Notes: generated by a model from the sequence alone, not told the origin. DNA of 64,000 nucleotides from an uncultured Streptococcus sp. (GCA_963534275.1 CAUSRF010000001.1:560-64559); one strand, 5' to 3'. Numbered from the stretch's first letter, positions 29,524 through 40,400 are shown. Made by a program: numbers and translations.

Positions 29524-32500
29524 TTGGCACAGACAGTTGGCCAGATTGGTCTTGACCTTGTCGTCAACGACAAACAATTTAAAGGGCAGATGAGTGGCTT
29601 GCAAGGGATGGCGACAAAAGCTGCCAAGATGCTTGCGGGAGCATTTGCAATCAAGAAACTTGTTGATTTCGGAGCTCAAGCTATCAAGCTCGGCTCAGAT
29701 CTCAACGAAGTACAAAACGTTGTTGACGTTGCTTTCCCACGTATGAGCAAGCAAGTTGATGACTTTGCAAAAAAAGCTATGTATACCTCTGGGTTATCAG
29801 AGACCATGGCAAAACGATACACCGGTACATTTGGTGCGATGACGAAAGCTTTTGGTTTTAACGAACAGAAAGCTTACGAGATGTCGACAGCCTTAACTAG
29901 TTTAGCGGGCGATGTGGCATCTTTTTATAATATTAGTCAAGATGAAGCCTACACAAAGCTGAAATCAGTCTTTACTGGTGAAACAGAGACACTTAAAGAT
30001 TTAGGTGTGGTCATGACTCAATCAGCGCTTGATGCCTATGCAATGGCTAACGGATTTGGAAAGACAACACAAGAAATGTCTGAGGCTGAGAAAGTTGCTT
30101 TGCGGTTTGCATTTGTAACAGACAAGCTTTCACTAGCTAGTGGCGACTTCGCTAGGACATCTGATAGTTGGGCTAACCAAGTTAGAATTATGAAGTTACA
30201 GTTCGAAAGCTTTATGGCAAGCGTCGGAGCTGGCTTGATTAACATTTTTACCCCAGTTATCAAAGTCATTAACTTTTTGCTCAGCAAATTGCTGACAGTA
30301 GGTAATGCTTTTAAAGCATTGACTGAACTATTTACTGGCAAGAAGTCTATGAAAGGCTCGGGTATCCAAGAAACAGCTGCTGCAGTTGGTAATTTAGGAG
30401 AGGCTTCTGATGGTGCAGCAGGAGGAGCTGGCAATTTAGGAAAAGCCGCTAAAGGAGCCGGAAAGGCTGCGGATGGAGCTGGCAAAGCAGCTAAGAAAGC
30501 TGCTCAAGAAATGAAATCTCTCATGGGATTTGACCAAATCAATAAACTATCTGACTCATCCGATAGCGGAGATGGTGGTGGAGATTCCGGAGGCGGTCCT
30601 GGTGGTTCAGGCGGCGGAGGTGGTGGAACACCTAAAGGCGCTGAAGTCGACATGGGAAAAATTGCTGAAGGTGGGAATCAATTAGACGGTCTGTTTGATG
30701 GATTATTTAAACGATTGCTTGAGCTCGTCAAATTGTTCCAGGATGGTTTCAATGCTTCATTTAGATTCGATGGCATCGAACGACTCAAAACGGCATTGCA
30801 ACGAATCGGCGAATTACTCCAAGAGATTTTTACAGATCCAAAAGTGGTTGCTTCATTTCAAACTATGCTTGATAAGATAGCTTATGCTCTAGGGCAGTTT
30901 GTTGGCTCGATAGGGACTGTTGCTCTCGGGATAGGAGTCTTTATAGCCGGAAGTATAGCTAATGGCTTACAGCGCCAAAAAGAGCGTATTAAGAGCGCTC
31001 TTGTATCTCTATTTACCAACATAGGAAACGTAGCTGAGGTTGCTGGTAATATCGTTCAAGCTTTCTCAAATGGTTTTTACGATGTCATCACATCTTCTGG
31101 CGCTGTTAGAATTGGCAGTGCGATTGTATCTGCGATTTTAAGTGCTGGTAGCACAGTAATCGAATTAGGCAGTAAGATAGCAGGAGATTTTGCTAAAGGA
31201 ATTGAAAAAGCAATAGTCCCGAATGTTCCACAGTTAGTACAAGCCTGGACAGGATTATTAGATGGCATTGCTCCTGTTTTTGAAAGTTTAGAATCACTGG
31301 TAAATGATGTTGGTGATGCGTTGAAACGCGTGTACGATGACAAAGCAAAACCATTTATTGACTCTTTGACAAGTGGTTTTGGTCAGTTAATGAAAAGCTT
31401 TTTGGATGGGTGGAATACTTACCTCAATCCAGTTCTATCAAAATTGGGCAAAATGTTTTCGGAAGTCTATGACGCTCATGTAAAACCAGCTATCGATAAT
31501 CTCTCTATGCTTTTAGGTAGTTTTTTTGATTTTTTCAAAGCAGCTTGGGAAGACTTTGTTTTGAATGTAGATATCACAAAATTTATGGAGATTCTTAGCG
31601 GATTAGCAGAAGTTATCGGTACAGCATTGATCAATGCTATTGCAGCACTCTCTGATATTATCGGTGGTCTTGCTCAAGCTCTATCTGGTTTGATTGATTT
31701 TGTAACGGGTGTTTTTACAGGGGATTGGGATAAAGCTTGGAACGGAATTAAAAATCTATTTTCCGGTATCATCCAATCTCTCTTAGCCGCACTTGGAATT
31801 GATATCGATTCGATGATTGCAGAGTTCACACGTTGGTGGGAATCTGTTAAGACCATTTTTGCACCTGTTGTTCAATGGTTCAAGGACAAGTTTAAACAAG
31901 CCTGGGATGCCATTGTTGCTATCTTTACCGGTATTGGTTCTTGGTTCTCTCAACGCTACAATGAGTTAAAAAGCAATCTTGCTTCTATTCCTGATTGGTT
32001 CAAAGACAAGTTCCGCAACGCGTGGACAGGTTTGACAGGTATCTTCAATCCTATTGCAAGTTGGTTTGCAGGGAAGTGGAGTAATATCCAATCTGCTCTT
32101 GCTAGTATACCAGGGTGGTTTTCTTCAAAATTCCGCGAAGCATATAACAATGTCAAGAATGCATTTTCTGGCATTATCGGGTTCTTTAGCGGACTTTGGG
32201 GGCAAATACGCTCAACGTTTACTCATGTTGGAACCATGGTAGGGAGTGCCATTGGCGGTGCTGTACGTAGCGTTATTAACGGGGTGCTTGGCACGGTAGA
32301 AAGCACAATCAATAGTGGTATCAGCTTACTCAATGGCGCTATTAGCGTGATTAATAAATTACCTGGTGTAAATATCGGTGGATTTAGTTACATTGGACTA
32401 CCTCGACTTGCTCAAGGTGGCTTTGTTAAGGCTAACACACCACAAATTGCCATGATTGGTGACAACAAGCATTACGGTGAGATCGTTGCTCCGGAAAATA

Positions 32501-32700
32501 AAATGCTTGAAATGGCACGTCGTGCAGCAGAATTGTCAAATAATGGCGGTGGACCAGAAGTTCTAGCCTTACTGACACAGTTGTTGCAAGCGGTTCGTGC
32601 TCTTGATTTGACAATTGATGGTGATAAAATCACCAAGAAAATTGTAGATAAAATCAATGAAATTGCAATTAAAACAGGGGAATCCCCCCTCATGATTTAG
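29524..32700 (+). CDS. Tape measure protein
   Basis: 1058 aa, Ala/Gly-rich, periodic Trp/Phe repeats, PRLAQGG..MIGD C-terminus; TTG start. Confidence 0.9.
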   Translation: MAQTVGQIGLDLVVNDKQFKGQMSGLQGMATKAAKMLAGAFAIKKLVDFGAQAIKLGSDLNEVQNVVDVAFPRMSKQVDDFAKKAMYTSGLSETMAKRYTGTFGAMTKAFGFNEQKAYEMSTALTSLAGDVASFYNISQDEAYTKLKSVFTGETETLKDLGVVMTQSALDAYAMANGFGKTTQEMSEAEKVALRFAFVTDKLSLASGDFARTSDSWANQVRIMKLQFESFMASVGAGLINIFTPVIKVINFLLSKLLTVGNAFKALTELFTGKKSMKGSGIQETAAAVGNLGEASDGAAGGAGNLGKAAKGAGKAADGAGKAAKKAAQEMKSLMGFDQINKLSDSSDSGDGGGDSGGGPGGSGGGGGGTPKGAEVDMGKIAEGGNQLDGLFDGLFKRLLELVKLFQDGFNASFRFDGIERLKTALQRIGELLQEIFTDPKVVASFQTMLDKIAYALGQFVGSIGTVALGIGVFIAGSIANGLQRQKERIKSALVSLFTNIGNVAEVAGNIVQAFSNGFYDVITSSGAVRIGSAIVSAILSAGSTVIELGSKIAGDFAKGIEKAIVPNVPQLVQAWTGLLDGIAPVFESLESLVNDVGDALKRVYDDKAKPFIDSLTSGFGQLMKSFLDGWNTYLNPVLSKLGKMFSEVYDAHVKPAIDNLSMLLGSFFDFFKAAWEDFVLNVDITKFMEILSGLAEVIGTALINAIAALSDIIGGLAQALSGLIDFVTGVFTGDWDKAWNGIKNLFSGIIQSLLAALGIDIDSMIAEFTRWWESVKTIFAPVVQWFKDKFKQAWDAIVAIFTGIGSWFSQRYNELKSNLASIPDWFKDKFRNAWTGLTGIFNPIASWFAGKWSNIQSALASIPGWFSSKFREAYNNVKNAFSGIIGFFSGLWGQIRSTFTHVGTMVGSAIGGAVRSVINGVLGTVESTINSGISLLNGAISVINKLPGVNIGGFSYIGLPRLAQGGFVKANTPQIAMIGDNKHYGEIVAPENKMLEMARRAAELSNNGGGPEVLALLTQLLQAVRALDLTIDGDKITKKIVDKINEIAIKTGESPLMI

Positions 32701-32709
32701 GAGGTATGC

Positions 32710-33051
32710 ATGAGTGAAATATCAGTAGGTGGAGTAGCTCTTGCTTCTCCAGTTGAAATCAGTATCAATAATGAGATTATCTGGTCGTCTTCTACCGGTC
32801 GTAGTGCTAGTGGATTGATGACGGGTGACGTCATTGCAGAAAAACGTACATTCTCCATCAAATGGGGAATTATCACGGAAGCAGAAAGAAATCTTATCAA
32901 GTCTAAATTGGTAGCCGGATTTTTTACTGCAAACATTTTAGGACAGTCTATCACTGGTTATCGCGGAACTATCACAGAGACAGTAATGGGGCGTCTGAGT
33001 GACGGTGTGGCCTATTACAACGGCTTATCTGTATCTATTATCGAGCAGTAG
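32710..33051 (+). CDS. Distal tail-like protein
   Basis: STGRSASGLMTGD; position after TMP. Confidence 0.65.
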   Translation: MSEISVGGVALASPVEISINNEIIWSSSTGRSASGLMTGDVIAEKRTFSIKWGIITEAERNLIKSKLVAGFFTANILGQSITGYRGTITETVMGRLSDGVAYYNGLSVSIIEQ

Positions 33052-33059
33052 GAGGAATT

Positions 33060-35795
33060 ATGCTAGAAGTAACATCAGATTATATCAAAGCAATAGAGAA
33101 TCATCTGCGCGTGTTTGAGGCTAACTTTGACTTAAACGGTAAGAGATACACAAAAACCAAAATTGCATCAGCTACTTACGATAGTTCCATCGGTAATAGT
33201 AATGATTTTACAATTGGTGGTGGATACATCAACAGCCTAGAAATTGAAATTAAAGAGATTATTGAAGGTCTGCAAGAAATGATGCCTGCAACAATGTCGG
33301 TAATGATTGCGGGTAAATCCGTCCCACTTGGCAAGTTTTTTGTCGCCGAGGTCAAGCTAGACCGTAATGATAAAAAGACCAAAATTAAGCTACAGGACGA
33401 GTTTATTAGATTATCTGGTGCTTATGATAGTCAGCTTACTTATCCAGCTTATACAAGGGATATTTTAGCCGAAATCGTGAGATTGACAGGTATCACGACA
33501 GATACTAATATCCAATTAGTAAATGATCAAGTTGCGAAGAAACTAGAAAAAACAAGTTATCGTGAGGCATTAGTTTATTTGGCGCAATTATCAGGAAGCT
33601 TCGTCAGATTTAATCGTAATGGGAAGCTTGATTTTATCAAGTTAAAGACAACATCAAGACATATCACAAAAGATATGTATAAGCCAGGTGGATTAGAACG
33701 TGACGAGATACCTTACAGGTTGAAAGGTATTGAGTGTGAGTCTGCTGATAAGGTTGTATATAAATCAGGATTTTCCACAGGTAATATCATGAAGTTAAAA
33801 AATCCATGGGTTACACAAGAAATTCTGGATCGTATCTTCAATGAATACCGTGATTTTAATTTTTATCCATATACGCTCTCATGGCGAGGCGATATGGCTA
33901 TGGAAGCTGGTGACTGGGTTACAGTACACTGGGATGAAAATATCTATTTTGACATTCCAATGCTGTCCTACAAACTTTCGTTTGATGGTGGTTTATCTGC
34001 TAATAGTAGTGGAAATGCTGCTGGGGTTGCACAAGGTACTTATAAATATAAGGGGGCCATGCAACGTCAAATTGAGTATTTGGACGAACTTATCACTAAA
34101 CAAGGTAGTATGTATCTTGATACATCAAGCCCTACCAAACCAAAAAATGGAGATATATGGTTTAAACCAAACGGTGGCTATGTTGAAATGTGGGAGCGTG
34201 TAGAAGGTTCATGGGTTAAAAAGGCAGACAGCGCTAATGTAGGAGAAATTGTCAATACGATAACCACGGATGAATTGCTAGCAAAAAAAGTCTCTGCAGC
34301 AATTGGTAATTACATTACGCTAAATGCCAAAAATATAACTGCTGGAGATCTGGATTTAGCACGTTTGCGAATCATGAATGGTTTGCAAGAGATTGTTTCC
34401 GTACGTGACGGCAAAGTTGTAATGAACATTGATAAGCTCACAATAAACTCTAAAGATGTAGCAACGAAAGAAGATCTAAAAAAAATTGAATTGGCTCCTG
34501 GACCTCAAGGGGAACGTGGGCAACAGGGGGTACCTGGTGTCCAAGGTTTGCAAGGCCCGAAAGGCGACCAAGGTATCCCAGGAAAAACTGGAGCTGACGG
34601 ACGCACTCCATACTTGCATAGAGCTTGGGCTAATTCTGCTGACGGTCGTGATGGTTTTAGTACAACAGATAGCACAAATAAGCGCTATTTAGGTACTTAC
34701 ACTGATTTCACTGAGGCAGACAGTCAAGACCCTACAAGGTACAAGTGGACAGCTCTCTTTGATAATGTGAGTATCGGAGCTAAAAATTATATCAGAAACG
34801 CCTCATTTCTATCTGGAGAAAGAAAGTGGACTAAGGCATCTGTCAATGGATTGGCTTATAACTTTACTCACTCTGTATCTAATAAAGGCAGGTCAGGCTT
34901 GCATATGTTTAGCGAGAATGACACGACCATCCCTCGCTGGAAAGGGATATATCAAAAAATTCCATTGCCTCAACCGGCAGACACTCCAGTCACTGTTTCG
35001 GCTTTGTTTGCGAAAGATGGAGCGCCTCAAGAGGCTCACATTGGGATACATTTCATAAAAGATGATGTCATAGCCAGACAATCATGGATTGATATACCTG
35101 CTTCAAAAATCACAGACAAGTATCAGCGTTTTTCTCTTTCAGCAAAGCACAATATACCTTTTGATGAAATAACAGTCATGCTTTATGTCGGATATGACAA
35201 GATTGTCAATCTGTATGTTACGGATGTTCAGCTTGAAATAGGGAATGTAATGACTGATTTTAGATTATCAGACGAAGACGTGCAAGACAATATCAATTCC
35301 AAAGCTGACCATAAATTGACTAATGATCAATTAAATGCTCTAGCTGAAAAAGCTCAACTTCATGACGTTGAGCTAAAAGCTAAAGCGACAATGGATCAGT
35401 TCAGCGATTTAGAAAAAGCCTATAATGCCTTGGTAAAATCAAATGCAGACAGCCAAAAAAAATCTGAATCTGATTTAATCGAAGCAGGCAGGAGAATTGA
35501 GTTTTTAACAATAGAATTTGGTGGCTTGAAAGAGCTGAAAAAGTTCATCGATACCTATATGAGTGCTTCAAATGAGGGGCTCATCATTGGAAAGAACGAT
35601 GCTAGTTCATCAATAAAGGTCAGTCATGATCGAATTTCCATGTTTTCTGCAGGCAAGGAGGTAATGTATATTTCGCAAGGTGTAATCAATATTGACAACG
35701 GTATTTTCACCGCGTCAATTCAAATTGGACGCTTTAGAACAGAACAGTATTATCTTGACAAAGATGTGAATGTTGTTCGTTATGTAGGAGGTTAA
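33060..35795 (+). CDS. Tail tip / host-specificity protein with collagen-like repeat
   Basis: (GXY)n run GPQGERGQQG..GADG, then beta-rich domain NYIRNASF..VQLEIG. Confidence 0.8.
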   Translation: MLEVTSDYIKAIENHLRVFEANFDLNGKRYTKTKIASATYDSSIGNSNDFTIGGGYINSLEIEIKEIIEGLQEMMPATMSVMIAGKSVPLGKFFVAEVKLDRNDKKTKIKLQDEFIRLSGAYDSQLTYPAYTRDILAEIVRLTGITTDTNIQLVNDQVAKKLEKTSYREALVYLAQLSGSFVRFNRNGKLDFIKLKTTSRHITKDMYKPGGLERDEIPYRLKGIECESADKVVYKSGFSTGNIMKLKNPWVTQEILDRIFNEYRDFNFYPYTLSWRGDMAMEAGDWVTVHWDENIYFDIPMLSYKLSFDGGLSANSSGNAAGVAQGTYKYKGAMQRQIEYLDELITKQGSMYLDTSSPTKPKNGDIWFKPNGGYVEMWERVEGSWVKKADSANVGEIVNTITTDELLAKKVSAAIGNYITLNAKNITAGDLDLARLRIMNGLQEIVSVRDGKVVMNIDKLTINSKDVATKEDLKKIELAPGPQGERGQQGVPGVQGLQGPKGDQGIPGKTGADGRTPYLHRAWANSADGRDGFSTTDSTNKRYLGTYTDFTEADSQDPTRYKWTALFDNVSIGAKNYIRNASFLSGERKWTKASVNGLAYNFTHSVSNKGRSGLHMFSENDTTIPRWKGIYQKIPLPQPADTPVTVSALFAKDGAPQEAHIGIHFIKDDVIARQSWIDIPASKITDKYQRFSLSAKHNIPFDEITVMLYVGYDKIVNLYVTDVQLEIGNVMTDFRLSDEDVQDNINSKADHKLTNDQLNALAEKAQLHDVELKAKATMDQFSDLEKAYNALVKSNADSQKKSESDLIEAGRRIEFLTIEFGGLKELKKFIDTYMSASNEGLIIGKNDASSSIKVSHDRISMFSAGKEVMYISQGVINIDNGIFTASIQIGRFRTEQYYLDKDVNVVRYVGG

Positions 35796-35805
35796 AAAGA
35801 GGAAA

Positions 35806-37878
35806 ATGACTAAATTTATTAATTCTAGTGGCCCATTGCACTTGAATATTTATATTGAGCAAGTTAGTCAGGACATCGCTAACAACTCCTCTAAAGTTAG
35901 TTGGAGAGCTACAGTTGACCGTGATGGAGGTTACCGAACTTGGAACGCAGAAAACGGAAGTGTTTTATCCGTATGGCTAAACGGGGCTAGTGTCTACAAA
36001 AGTAACCTCAGTTTCGATACTCGAGGGCAAGAGACTACTCTTGCTTCTGGAGAAACTACTATCCCTCATGAAAGCGATGGGACAAAGACTTTCTCAGTTT
36101 GGGCTTCATTTGATCCTAATAATGGAGTTCACGGAAATATTACTATCTCGACTAAGTACACGTTATCCAGCTTACCTCGTTCTAGTGCAGTTGCAGGGCT
36201 AGATGGTGATAGGAATTTAGGATCTCGTCATACTATACGAATCGACAGAAAAGCAAGCTCATTCACTCACCAAGTTTGGTACCGAGTTTTTGGAAGTGAC
36301 TGGATAGATTTAGGTAAGAACCATACTGCTAGCGTTTCTTTTACTCCGTCTTTAGATCTTGCTCGACACTTACCTAAGTCAAGTTCAGGGCTAATGGACA
36401 TATGTGTTCGAACATATAACGGTACTACTCAAATCGGTAGTGACGTGTATTCTAATGGATGGCACTTTAAAATCCCAGACAGTGTAAAACCTACCTTCAC
36501 AGGTCTTTCATTAACTGACATGAATACAGTTGCAAGACAGCTTTTGAGTGGAAATGACTTTTTACAAATCATTTCAGATATACAAGTAAACTTCAACAAT
36601 GCGTCTGGCGCCTATGGATCTACTATTACAGGATATCGAGCTGAAATTGTTAATAAAAAAATGGTCGTAACTAAAAACGGTGGTAGTTTTGGTATCATGA
36701 ACTTCAGCGGTTTGGCGACCATTCGAGCTTATGTTGTCGATAGTCGGGGTAAACAATCAGATACTAAAGATATTACTATCAACGTGATTGAGTATTATGC
36801 CCCCTCATTTAGCTTCTCCGCACTTAGAACTAGAGGCAATCCAAATACATTACAAGTGTTAAGAAATGCCCGAATAGCCCCTATAATGCAGTCAGGAAAG
36901 CAAAGGAATGTAATGTCTTTAACTTTCGAAGTTGCTCAGATAGGTAATGAGAATTTCACGGATGATAATGGTAGTGCATCTGGTAATTTTACAAGTATTC
37001 ATACATTGACTAATTCGGCTGCTAACATGGCAGGGAATTATCCATCGAATAAATCCTTTGTGATTATTGGTAAGCTTGAAGACAAGTTTACAAGCGTTGA
37101 ATTTTATACAACAGTAACAACTGAAAGCGTAGTAATGTCCTATGATAAGAACGGGCGTGTAGGCATCGGTAAGGTTGCAGAATTTGGGAAACCAGGATCA
37201 TTAGATGTTCTAGGTGATATCTACTCAAACAACAAGCCCATACAGCAATATCAGCTGACTGATAATAACGGATGTGGAAAACTCATCAAACAGGATTTCA
37301 ACAACATGAAAGATACTGGTTTTTGGTGGATAGACAGAACTTCTCCCAACAATCCATTTGGCGGTTCATGGGGGATGCTGGAAGTATTCAGACCTAACCC
37401 TAATTCTCAGGAATGTATCCAACGTTTCACAACGTCTGTAGGATATATGGCTGTTAGAGAGAATGGCTTTGATAACAACTGGCGTCCATGGCGCTATCTA
37501 GTGCAACAATCAAAATCCACTAATAACTCTGACTATGTAGCCTTGTCGAAAGCAGAAAGCAATCCGACACCTTGGCAAAACATAACTCTACAAAATGGAT
37601 GGCAACATCATCAGCAATACAATGATGTGCAATACTCAAAAACGTTCGATGGAGTGGTGTATTTGCGTGGAGTTGGGACGAAAGGAAAGACAGCTTACGG
37701 AACGGTTATAGCTCAATTACCAGTGGGATTTAGACCGTTACATTCAACTTACGTTTTTGCGCTCAACGATGATTTTACAGTCGCGGTTTTATGCATTTTA
37801 ACATCGGGAGAAATAGTTGTAAGAAAGAACGTTGACGCCACTTGGCTCAATTTCGATAATGTTTCATTCAAAATTTAA
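35806..37878 (+). CDS. DUF859-like minor tail protein / receptor-binding candidate
   Basis: EQVSQDIANNSS start; WRPWR; LPVGFRP C-terminal domain. Confidence 0.75.
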   Translation: MTKFINSSGPLHLNIYIEQVSQDIANNSSKVSWRATVDRDGGYRTWNAENGSVLSVWLNGASVYKSNLSFDTRGQETTLASGETTIPHESDGTKTFSVWASFDPNNGVHGNITISTKYTLSSLPRSSAVAGLDGDRNLGSRHTIRIDRKASSFTHQVWYRVFGSDWIDLGKNHTASVSFTPSLDLARHLPKSSSGLMDICVRTYNGTTQIGSDVYSNGWHFKIPDSVKPTFTGLSLTDMNTVARQLLSGNDFLQIISDIQVNFNNASGAYGSTITGYRAEIVNKKMVVTKNGGSFGIMNFSGLATIRAYVVDSRGKQSDTKDITINVIEYYAPSFSFSALRTRGNPNTLQVLRNARIAPIMQSGKQRNVMSLTFEVAQIGNENFTDDNGSASGNFTSIHTLTNSAANMAGNYPSNKSFVIIGKLEDKFTSVEFYTTVTTESVVMSYDKNGRVGIGKVAEFGKPGSLDVLGDIYSNNKPIQQYQLTDNNGCGKLIKQDFNNMKDTGFWWIDRTSPNNPFGGSWGMLEVFRPNPNSQECIQRFTTSVGYMAVRENGFDNNWRPWRYLVQQSKSTNNSDYVALSKAESNPTPWQNITLQNGWQHHQQYNDVQYSKTFDGVVYLRGVGTKGKTAYGTVIAQLPVGFRPLHSTYVFALNDDFTVAVLCILTSGEIVVRKNVDATWLNFDNVSFKI

Positions 37879-37890
37879 AAAGGAGGAAAT

Positions 37891-38496
37891 ATGAAACTAG
37901 AATACGGGACAAAGTCCTTGGAATATGACGGCAGCGGAACAGCAACCGCTACAAAGGTCACGTTAGTCAATGCAGACGGTGCTATCGTACCTATCTTGCT
38001 GCCAGCTGACAAAATCGGTTTGTCAAATACGGAGCTTTTTGAGTTAGCACTTGAGGCTCTTTATCAAGAGAATTTTCCACAGCGTGCTGAAAAAGAGAAA
38101 TTTAATCAGGTAGAAGCGCAGCTCAAGCAAAATAAGGAAATGGCAACTAAGGTAGAGCAAGCGACAGTAGAAAACAAAGAAAACCTCGACATGGTGTCAG
38201 CTATCACAGAGGTCTTGATTGCTTTGGCAGTATCTCAAAATGGAGGAATGCCTACCCATGCTTATAGCAAGGTGGCTGCATTTGTCAAACCACTAGTAAA
38301 AAGCACACGCTACACAAACGGAGACATTGTTGCTATGCCTTATCCGCACGATGGCAATCCGAAATGGCCAAAAGGTACGCTAACTATCTTTAAGTTCCAG
38401 ATGCAAGCAACAGAGGGCTATACTTACAAAGACCAGTCACTCTCTGATATGCTGCAGCAAGGTGTGCTGACTGTTGTAATGCCACGGATTGAGTAA
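37891..38496 (+). CDS. Hypothetical protein before holins (DUF1366-like)
   Basis: AGGAGG RBS; 201 aa. Confidence 0.6.
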   Translation: MKLEYGTKSLEYDGSGTATATKVTLVNADGAIVPILLPADKIGLSNTELFELALEALYQENFPQRAEKEKFNQVEAQLKQNKEMATKVEQATVENKENLDMVSAITEVLIALAVSQNGGMPTHAYSKVAAFVKPLVKSTRYTNGDIVAMPYPHDGNPKWPKGTLTIFKFQMQATEGYTYKDQSLSDMLQQGVLTVVMPRIE

Positions 38497-38506
38497 GGGG
38501 TGATAT

Positions 38507-38923
38507 ATGCAAATCGAATTTTTTAATTTTTTCAGAAGCGTAGTCCAGACCGAAGATGGTCTGGTCTTGTACGCTCTTGCTTTGATTGTTTCGATGGAAA
38601 TCATTGATTTTGTGACAGGAACGATTGCAGCGATTGTCAATCCTGACATCGAGTATAAGAGTAAAATCGGTATCAATGGGCTTCTTCGTAAGATTTTAGG
38701 GGTTCTCTTGCTGATGATCCTTATTCCGATGTCCGTACTCTTGCCTGAAAAGACAGGCTTCGCATTCTTGTACTCGATTTATCTTGGGTACATCGCATTT
38801 ACTTTTCAATCATTGATTGAAAACTACCGTAAATTAAAAGGAAATGTCACTCTTTTTCAGCCAATTTTAAAAGCATTTCAACGCTTGCTTGAAAAAGATG
38901 ATGATAAAAATAAAGGAGAATAA
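38507..38923 (+). CDS. Holin (family 4-like)
   Basis: IDFVTG..SKIGINGLLRK..SLIEN; three hydrophobic segments. Confidence 0.85.
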   Translation: MQIEFFNFFRSVVQTEDGLVLYALALIVSMEIIDFVTGTIAAIVNPDIEYKSKIGINGLLRKILGVLLLMILIPMSVLLPEKTGFAFLYSIYLGYIAFTFQSLIENYRKLKGNVTLFQPILKAFQRLLEKDDDKNKGE

Positions 38924-38926
38924 CAC

Positions 38927-39205
38927 ATGATTAACTGGAAAGTACGTTTTAGCTTAAAAAATAAAACATTCTTATTGCGAGTGGCATTTGCTTTAGCTTT
39001 GCCAATTCTCGCATATTTTAATCTTAAACTAGAAGATTTGGTTAGCTGGGGAGTCATTTTAGACTTGCTTGGCAAATTCTTTGCGAACCCTTATCTTGTT
39101 GGGTTGACGATTGTAAATATCTTAAACATCATTCCAGACCCAACAACTAAAGGGCTAACTGACAGCAAGCAAGCACTTGGGTACGAAAATCCAAAGGAGG
39201 ATTAA
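38927..39205 (+). CDS. Holin (phiLC3-like)
   Basis: MINWKVR..DPTTKGLTDS..AL. Confidence 0.88.
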   Translation: MINWKVRFSLKNKTFLLRVAFALALPILAYFNLKLEDLVSWGVILDLLGKFFANPYLVGLTIVNILNIIPDPTTKGLTDSKQALGYENPKED

Positions 39206-39208
39206 ACG

Positions 39209-40099
39209 ATGGTAGAAATCATTAATCATACAATTTTCAATGGAATTGCTGGTTCACGTCCGACCGAAAAACCCAAATACTACATCATGCACAATGATGC
39301 AGGTTCTATGAGCGTTGAAAGCTATGTAAATTGGTTGCAATCGCGATATGATAACGGCCAGTCTGAGCTTGGTTTCGCTCATTACTACATTACTCGTGAT
39401 GCAATCGCTCGCGTTGAAGATACTTACAATGGTACCTGGAGCGCTGCGAACCGTGACGCTAACATGAACTCAATTAGCTATGAAGTTTGTCAACAATACA
39501 ACTCAACAGATGCCGAGTTCATCGAAAATGAAAACATGGTATTGCGTCAAATGGCTGAAGACATGAGCTACTATGGTGATACACCGAATTATTCAAATAT
39601 CAAGTTCCACAATGAATTTTCAAGCACTTCATGCCCTGCACGTTCCCTTGAACTGCATGGTGGAGACAATGACAGTCTGCGTGACTACGTGATCGCTAAG
39701 ATCAAGCATTATCAATCCCTTGGTTCAACTGTCCAAGAAATGCTAGGTAAAGCTTCAGAAGAGCCGACAGTCCAAGAAACGGTTGTACGAGAAAAGACAA
39801 CTCAAAAGACCAGCGGTAAGTCAGTAGACGAAGTAGCACAAGAAATTCTCCAAGGTTTGTGGGGTAACGGTCAAGAGCGTTATGATAGCTTAACAAGAGC
39901 GGGATACGACGCACAAACCGTGCAAGATAGAGTTAATAGTCTCTTGAATGGTGGAAACGATATTTCAGATCTCGAAAGTGTGGCAAACGAGGTCATCCAA
40001 GGCCTTTGGGGCAATGGACAAGAACGCTATGACAAATTAACGAGCGCTGGTTATGACGCACAAGCCGTGCAAGATAGAGTAAACGAATTGCTTTCTTAA
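39209..40099 (+). CDS. Endolysin: amidase_2 plus two CW_7 repeats
   Basis: HND, HYY, H..F..TSCP zinc-amidase motifs; 2x VA.EV/ILQGLWGNGQER..L..AGYD..VQDRVN. Confidence 0.9.
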   Translation: MVEIINHTIFNGIAGSRPTEKPKYYIMHNDAGSMSVESYVNWLQSRYDNGQSELGFAHYYITRDAIARVEDTYNGTWSAANRDANMNSISYEVCQQYNSTDAEFIENENMVLRQMAEDMSYYGDTPNYSNIKFHNEFSSTSCPARSLELHGGDNDSLRDYVIAKIKHYQSLGSTVQEMLGKASEEPTVQETVVREKTTQKTSGKSVDEVAQEILQGLWGNGQERYDSLTRAGYDAQTVQDRVNSLLNGGNDISDLESVANEVIQGLWGNGQERYDKLTSAGYDAQAVQDRVNELLS

Positions 40100-40144
40100 A
40101 GATCTGACTAAAAAACCAGTATAAAATCAAAAATATAGTACACT

Positions 40145-40172
40145 AATCGCAAGCCTAAGCTTGCGGTTTTTT
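40145..40172 (+). terminator. Terminator after lysin
   Basis: CGCAAGC-CTAA-GCTTGCG plus T tract. Confidence 0.75.
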
Positions 40173-40400
40173 GTTTGCTCTGACCTAAAATGTGGTATAA
40201 TATAGTTGATAATCGAATATCTACCTACTTTTCAAACACTAGCCCCACTAGTGTTTTTTGTTTTTAAAAGGGGCAAAAAAGGGGCAAAAATGTCGTAAAT
40301 GTCTGTGAAACGATGTAAAAAGTCAACTTTGCTCTCGCTTTAAAGCTCTAAATTTCAACGTATTGTGAAACAGTGTAAATTATCGTATCGCCTATAACTG

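Noticed and set aside
30400..30630. GC-rich Gly/Ala low-complexity stretch
   Set aside because: In-frame linker of the tape measure protein
35806..40400. Diversity-generating retroelement or invertible tail locus
   Set aside because: No reverse transcriptase, invertase or template/variable repeat pair seen
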